Assembly (NCBI GenBank): GCA_044376115.1
Contig: JBILLK010000019.1
Span: forward strand, 96,001 to 160,000
Direction: 5' to 3'
Length of the DNA stretch: 64,000 nucleotides
Source: Polyangiaceae bacterium
GTDB lineage: Bacteria > Myxococcota_A > Polyangia > Polyangiales > Polyangiaceae
Both the position numbers and the translations under genes were made by a program. Below the pieces are notes generated by a model. It ran no database searches and was not told the DNA's origin. It worked only from the letters and a program-made list of their open reading frames with translations. Numbering within the stretch: the stretch's first letter is position 1; every line of letters starts with the position of its first letter. Shown here piece by piece: positions 59,233 to 64,000 of this stretch.

Positions 59233-60568
59233 CCGTTGCCCCCCGTTTGCGCAAAATCGAAGCAAACGAGCGAGTCTTGAGGTCTGAAAGCTCGAGGCCG
59301 AGACGCTCGGTCATTTCGACCGCATCGAGAGCTCCACAATGGATGCCTCGCAAGAAGAAGTTGAGCAGCCCTTGTCCGGTTGCTGCGTCGTCGAAGGTGT
59401 GGCCCACGAGGGTCGCTCGTGAAGCGACCGAGAGGAAGTTTACGAGCCTCTCCACCATGGGCTCGAGCGATTTCAGGAAGAACGCGTAAACCGCTGCATA
59501 GCGAGCGGGTAGCTGGGCAGGGTGCAAGTCCCAGCCCTGATAGAGCCCGCTGCGCAGTGCCCGCGTTACGTTGTCTGCATGCAGCCGAGACGCTGCAAGC
59601 ATTGCAGCGCGATTGGCTACGCGCTGCTCTTGGCTGAGCTCGGCCGGACTGCCCCGATAGATCGGGACCGGCAGTACGTTGGTCGCGCCGTCGGAGAGGA
59701 ACACGCCGCGGCCTGCCAAACTCACCTGCATGACTTCGCGCGCAAAATCGCATGCAGGGTGCGCCAGCGATTGGGCGGAGGCGACCACGTTACAGCTGGC
59801 AGTGTAGTCGTACGCACCGAAGTGCGCAGCGAAGCAACGCCCCTTCGCCGCTTGCACCAGGCGAGGCAAATTCGCCTGGCCTTCCGCATCGAAAAGCGCT
59901 TGCGGCGTCTCGACCATGAGCTCGATGCGCACGCTACCCTCGGGCAGCTTGGCTTCGGCCTCGAGCGAGCTGAGCAAGTCGGCGAGCACGGCTACCTGGG
60001 CCGGGATGGTCACTTTGGGGAGCGTGACCACGAAGTTGCTCGGCAAAGCTCCACCCAGCGTTGAAGCGAGCCTGCCGATGAAAAGCTCCAGCGTTCGAAA
60101 GGCGCGTGCGGAAGACTCTTCGCTGAACGACTTGATGCGCACGCCGACGAAGGGCGGCAACATCCCGGCCTGCTTGGCTGTGGCGAGTTCGGTGGCTGCC
60201 CGCACAGCTTCTGCGTCCTCCTCCTGATCCGAGCGCACGCCAAAGCCATCCTCGAAGTCGATGCGGAAGTCTTCGACGGGCTCGCTCTTGAGCTTGTGAG
60301 CCACGCGCTGGTAGAGCTGCTCCGCGGTCTTTCCGGAGAGGCCCAGCCCCAGCGCGTCGGAGAGCGCTGGCCCGTCGTCGGCCAGCTCGTTCAGCGCACG
60401 AAGCGCCAGCTCACCCAGCTTGCGAGGGGTGGTGGCTTTAAAAAGATGAGCGCCGCCGTATACAGTGTGTACCGGCTGGCGCTCCAGAAGGTCCCCGGGA
60501 TAGTCGCGACGAAAGGCTGCGTTTGCCCGCTTGAGCTCCAGCGCAAGTCGAGTTCGCGTCGCCACCAA
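59225..60568 (-). CDS. HpcH/citrate lyase-beta/malate-synthase-like TIM-barrel enzyme (DUF6986-like)
   Basis: RQPVHTVYGGAHLF, EDFRIDFEDGFG, LSDGATNVLP, YQGWDLHPAQL; start estimated. Confidence 0.8.
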   Translation of the reverse strand: MVATRTRLALELKRANAAFRRDYPGDLLERQPVHTVYGGAHLFKATTPRKLGELALRALNELADDGPALSDALGLGLSGKTAEQLYQRVAHKLKSEPVEDFRIDFEDGFGVRSDQEEDAEAVRAATELATAKQAGMLPPFVGVRIKSFSEESSARAFRTLELFIGRLASTLGGALPSNFVVTLPKVTIPAQVAVLADLLSSLEAEAKLPEGSVRIELMVETPQALFDAEGQANLPRLVQAAKGRCFAAHFGAYDYTASCNVVASAQSLAHPACDFAREVMQVSLAGRGVFLSDGATNVLPVPIYRGSPAELSQEQRVANRAAMLAASRLHADNVTRALRSGLYQGWDLHPAQLPARYAAVYAFFLKSLEPMVERLVNFLSVASRATLVGHTFDDAATGQGLLNFFLRGIHCGALDAVEMTERLGLELSDLKTRSFASILRKRGATDG

Positions 60569-60578
60569 GGTCAGCCCC

Positions 60579-61505
60579 TCAGAACCCGCAGTTGGCGCGC
60601 ATGCGTTCGGCACCGAGCCAGCGAGCCGCCTTGCGCTTGGCGATGGTGTTGGGCAGGCGCTGATAGGGATCCCCATCGCCAGCCGCGAGCACCTCTTCCA
60701 GCGTCTTTACATAGTTATCTTTGTCTTTGGTATTGCAGTAGTAGCGCACTGCGAGCTGCACCTTAGGCAGCAGGCTCTTGCCTTCAGAGATGGCGAGGGC
60801 CTTGTCGAACAGGCCCTTGGCCTCGTCGAGTTCGGCCATCGGCGTACGCGCATGGAACGAGGCCAGCACCACATAGCCGGAGCCGTTCATGTACGTCGGA
60901 TCCAGCTCGACGCTCTTCTCCATCAGAGCAACGCCCACGTACAGTTCTCCGACGAGCTCGGGCTTCTCTTTCGCCACGTTCACGCGACCAACCCAGGCGT
61001 TTCCAAGCCAGAACAGCTTCTCTGCGTCTTCCGGATCCTCGAAGTTCGCCAAGTAAGCTTTCATCGTATCGAGGTTGCGAGTCGCCTCTTTGAAGCCGGG
61101 CACGTCCTGCTCGACCAATTGCGTTCCGTACCAGATCGAACGCTCATACGCCTGTTCGGCGCGGCGCTTGTGGTAGTCCCAGTTGGCCCCGGTTCCCTCC
61201 GCATCTTCGGTGGTTTCCATCGAGTCTTCGATGAAGCCGAAGGACACGCTGGCCCACGAACGCGTGAGCATGAACAGCGCATCCTCGTTCTCCGGAGCCA
61301 AGAAGCGCATGCCTTCAATCTGCGCGAGACCGGCCATTGCAGCCTTCTCGGCCACTTCGTAGTCCCCGATGGTGTTAACCGCGACGCTGGCTTTGCGCGT
61401 CGACGAGATTTGACCATCCAATAGGATTTTCTTGATGCAACCGCTGGTGCCTAGTGAAGAGAGGGCGAGCAACGCGGCGGGAACGAGGGTCGATAGACGG
61501 GCCAT
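60579..61505 (-). CDS. TRAP-transporter TatT-like TPR lipoprotein
   Basis: TSGC lipobox; YGF.E-like motif, VELDPTYMNG, FDKALAIS, NTIAKRKA. Confidence 0.75.
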   Translation of the reverse strand: MARLSTLVPAALLALSSLGTSGCIKKILLDGQISSTRKASVAVNTIGDYEVAEKAAMAGLAQIEGMRFLAPENEDALFMLTRSWASVSFGFIEDSMETTEDAEGTGANWDYHKRRAEQAYERSIWYGTQLVEQDVPGFKEATRNLDTMKAYLANFEDPEDAEKLFWLGNAWVGRVNVAKEKPELVGELYVGVALMEKSVELDPTYMNGSGYVVLASFHARTPMAELDEAKGLFDKALAISEGKSLLPKVQLAVRYYCNTKDKDNYVKTLEEVLAAGDGDPYQRLPNTIAKRKAARWLGAERMRANCGF

Positions 61506-61559
61506 AGGCCGCATGCGTACCCAAACCTGAGCCAGCTAGCAACTGGGACCAGGTGTTGA

Positions 61560-62543
61560 TTGCGTACGGGCAACGGCTGTGGTCCGTTCTCGAAGGTGAA
61601 CAACGGCGGAACCGGACCTGGCGACTTCGGGGGTGGTACACGCGTGACCCATGCCGAACAGGTCGCCACGGCGCGCACGATGGTCGCAAGCCCTCCTCCG
61701 CTGGCCCCTCGGCGCACCGGCTCGCTGCTGATGCCGCTGGGAGTGAGCGGCGTTCTCGCGACGGTCTTCCTCGTCACTGGGCTCGCGCTTCAGCGTGGCC
61801 CGTTCTACGCGGCCATTCCCGGCGCGCCCTCCGTGGAAGCTGCCGAACCTCCCGTTCGGTTGAGCGCCGCTCCCTCGAGCCCTAGCGCCGCGGGTTCTGC
61901 TCGCGCACCGCGGTCAGCCGCGCCTGCGCTGAGCGTGGTGCCCGAGGTCAAGTCGAGCGCGGTTCCGGAAAACGTGACGGGCCCGGTGGACTCGCCGCCG
62001 ATGCGAGCGGCTCGCGCCGAGCTCGCAGACGCGATGAAGAAGGGAAACACCAAGCGCGCGACCGTGGCGCTCAAGGTTGTGCTCGCCCTGGACGTGAACT
62101 CGCTGGCCGACGCTGAGATACGGGAAACCACCTTGCAGCTCGCGCAAACGGCCAGTTTGATGCCGGAGCCTAACCCGAGCGAGTTCTTCGAGTTGCTCAA
62201 GGGTGACGGTGGGCCGCGCGGTCTCGACGTTCTTTACGAACTGGTGGCCAACAAGGGCGGGGCCCGCGCTTCCGTTGAAGCTGCCCGCGCTCTGAGAGAC
62301 CCAGCTGTCGTCGCTCGCGGAACACCCGCGTTTCAGATCGCTTGGGCGTTCCGCCAAGCCGAATCGTGCGAGGCAAAGCGGCCGCTCTTGAGCCGGGTCG
62401 CTGACGAAGGGGACCACCGAGCGCTGGGGCTGCTCGTGATCGCCAAACAGCGTTGCAAGCGTGGTGGCCCAAGCTGTTGTGATTTCAAGGGCGCAGACGT
62501 GGATCAAGCCTTTGATAAGCTGAAGGCGCGCCTGGGCAATTGA
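61560..62543 (+). CDS. Membrane-anchored protein resembling the extracytoplasmic tail of myxobacterial kinases
   Basis: One TM, Pro/Ala linker, helical domain with CEAK...GDHRAL...C; start uncertain. Confidence 0.55.
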   Translation: MRTGNGCGPFSKVNNGGTGPGDFGGGTRVTHAEQVATARTMVASPPPLAPRRTGSLLMPLGVSGVLATVFLVTGLALQRGPFYAAIPGAPSVEAAEPPVRLSAAPSSPSAAGSARAPRSAAPALSVVPEVKSSAVPENVTGPVDSPPMRAARAELADAMKKGNTKRATVALKVVLALDVNSLADAEIRETTLQLAQTASLMPEPNPSEFFELLKGDGGPRGLDVLYELVANKGGARASVEAARALRDPAVVARGTPAFQIAWAFRQAESCEAKRPLLSRVADEGDHRALGLLVIAKQRCKRGGPSCCDFKGADVDQAFDKLKARLGN

Positions 62544-62551
62544 GGTTCAGC

Positions 62552-62595
62552 TTGACTGTTCATGGTTTGGTGGTATCTCGTACAAACCATGAACA
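62552..62595 (+). promoter_or_regulatory. sigma70-like promoter overlapped by 13-bp perfect inverted repeat (operator)
   Basis: TTGACT-16-TATCTC; TGTTCATGGTTTG (62557-69) / CAAACCATGAACA (62583-95). Confidence 0.65.
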
Positions 62596-63137
62596 ACTGG
62601 TTGCCTAAGTCCGTCATCCTCTCTGGTGCGCTCGGAGCGCTCTCCTTGCTGCCCGTTCGGCTCGACGCGGCGACGGTCGGCGAAGCTGCACCACAGGCCA
62701 AAGTCGTGGACGTCGATGACAAGGCGCTGTGGACTTCGGACCTCAAAGGCAGCACCGCCATCGTCTTTTACGAGGACAAAGACTCGGGTGAGCTCAACCG
62801 CGCGCTCAAAGATGAGCTCAAGAGCTTGATGGGCGAAGAGGGCATGGGCGGGATCCGCGTGGTTCCGGTCGCCGACGTCAGCGACTACAACAGCTGGCCT
62901 TCGCGCGGCTTCGTCAAAGACGCGGTGCGCGACGAGTCGAAGAAGGCCGGCGTGACCATCTATTGCGATTGGGACGCGTCCTACCGCAAAGCCTTCGACC
63001 TGTCGAAGGGCACGAGCAACGTGGTGGTGGTAGGCCGAGACGGCTTGGTGAAGGTCTCGACCAGCGGAGCGATCAAAGAGGCCCGCCGTAAGGCGATCCT
63101 CGAGGTTCTGCGCAACGACGTCGCCAAGAAGGACTAG
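62589..63137 (+). CDS. YtfJ-like exported thioredoxin-fold protein without CxxC
   Basis: Signal peptide; IVFYEDKDS...N, IYCDWD, VVVVGRDG. Confidence 0.6.
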   Translation: MNNWLPKSVILSGALGALSLLPVRLDAATVGEAAPQAKVVDVDDKALWTSDLKGSTAIVFYEDKDSGELNRALKDELKSLMGEEGMGGIRVVPVADVSDYNSWPSRGFVKDAVRDESKKAGVTIYCDWDASYRKAFDLSKGTSNVVVVGRDGLVKVSTSGAIKEARRKAILEVLRNDVAKKD

Positions 63138-63191
63138 CTGCGCGACGCCGTTGTTCAACGTTGATCGAACCCTGCAGCGAGTCGAGGAATC

Positions 63192-64000
63192 ATGGATGGT
63201 AACGCGCGTGTGAGCAAAGTTGGCGACGGACAAGAGCGCTTGGAGTCTCGTCCCCACGCCGTGGTCATCGGCAGCGGCTTCGGTGGGCTAGCAGCCGCCG
63301 TGCGGCTCGGAGCGCGGGGCTACCGCGTGACGGTGCTCGAAAAGCTCGATGCACCGGGCGGTCGCGCCTACGTTCACAAGCAAGACGGCTTCGTGTTCGA
63401 CGCCGGGCCTACCGTGATCACCGCGCCGCAACTGTTCGAGGATCTGTGGGCGCTCGCCGGCCGAAAGCTGAGCGACGACATCGATCTGAGGCCAGTAACG
63501 CCGTTCTACCGCATCCTGTTCGAAGATGGAGAGACCTTCGACTACACCGGCGACGCCGCTGACATGGATAGGCAGATAGCGCGCCTGTGCCCGTCCGACG
63601 TCGCGGGCTATCACCGCTTCCTCGAGATGAGCGAGAAGATCTTCGCCGTCGGCTTCGAGAAGCTCGCCCACGTTCCTTTTGGCAGCGTGATGGATATGGC
63701 GCGCATCGTCCCGGCGATGATGAAGCTCGCCAGCTATCGCACGGTCTACAGCTTGGTGGCGAAGTACGTCAAAGACGACAAGCTGCGGCAGGTGATGAGC
63801 TTTCATCCGCTGCTCGTCGGTGGAAACCCGTTCTCCACCACCTCGATCTACACGTTGATCGCCTTCCTCGAGCGCAAGTGGGGCGTGCACTTCCCGATGG
63901 GTGGTACCGGCGCGCTGATTCGCGGATTGATATCGCTGATCGAAGGGCAAGGAGGCTCGGTGCGGCTCAACGCCCCGGTTCGCAAGATCCTGGTCGACGC
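63192..64000 (+). CDS. crtI: Phytoene desaturase, 3'-truncated by window edge
   Basis: VIGSGFGGLAAA...GGRAY...FDAGPTVITAP...SFHPLLVGGNPF...GGTGAL; absent from ORF track because it has no stop. Confidence 0.93.
   Translation, partial: MDGNARVSKVGDGQERLESRPHAVVIGSGFGGLAAAVRLGARGYRVTVLEKLDAPGGRAYVHKQDGFVFDAGPTVITAPQLFEDLWALAGRKLSDDIDLRPVTPFYRILFEDGETFDYTGDAADMDRQIARLCPSDVAGYHRFLEMSEKIFAVGFEKLAHVPFGSVMDMARIVPAMMKLASYRTVYSLVAKYVKDDKLRQVMSFHPLLVGGNPFSTTSIYTLIAFLERKWGVHFPMGGTGALIRGLISLIEGQGGSVRLNAPVRKILVD

Overview
High-GC chromosomal window whose gene content and style (many lipoproteins, eukaryote-like Ser/Thr kinases, FG-GAP/Cys-rich protein, ccoNO fusion, FrgA-like protein) suggest a Myxococcota genome; this taxonomy is inferred. 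About 53 CDS; no rRNA, tRNA, CRISPR array or intact mobile element was seen. Recognisable modules: an L,D-transpeptidase plus MepA-like endopeptidase pair; ndk; selD; a purine catabolism operon (puuD, allB, alc/uraD fusion, uraH); a usp-ccoI-S-NO-Q-P-G-DsbD_2 cbb3 oxidase operon; a TatT-like lipoprotein plus a citrate-lyase/malate-synthase-like enzyme; and the start of crtI. Signals the ORF track misses: selD has an in-frame UGA (Sec) with a SECIS-like hairpin; two sigma54 promoters, one with an upstream activator palindrome in front of the cbb3 operon; a perfect 13-bp inverted repeat over the promoter upstream of the crtI unit; a ~110-bp imperfect direct repeat bracketing a two-gene cassette in a 7.9-14.7 kb region with frameshifts; and recurrent TANNNT boxes just before start codons (possible leaderless mRNAs). 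All family assignments come from motif recognition by eye; no database searches were run.
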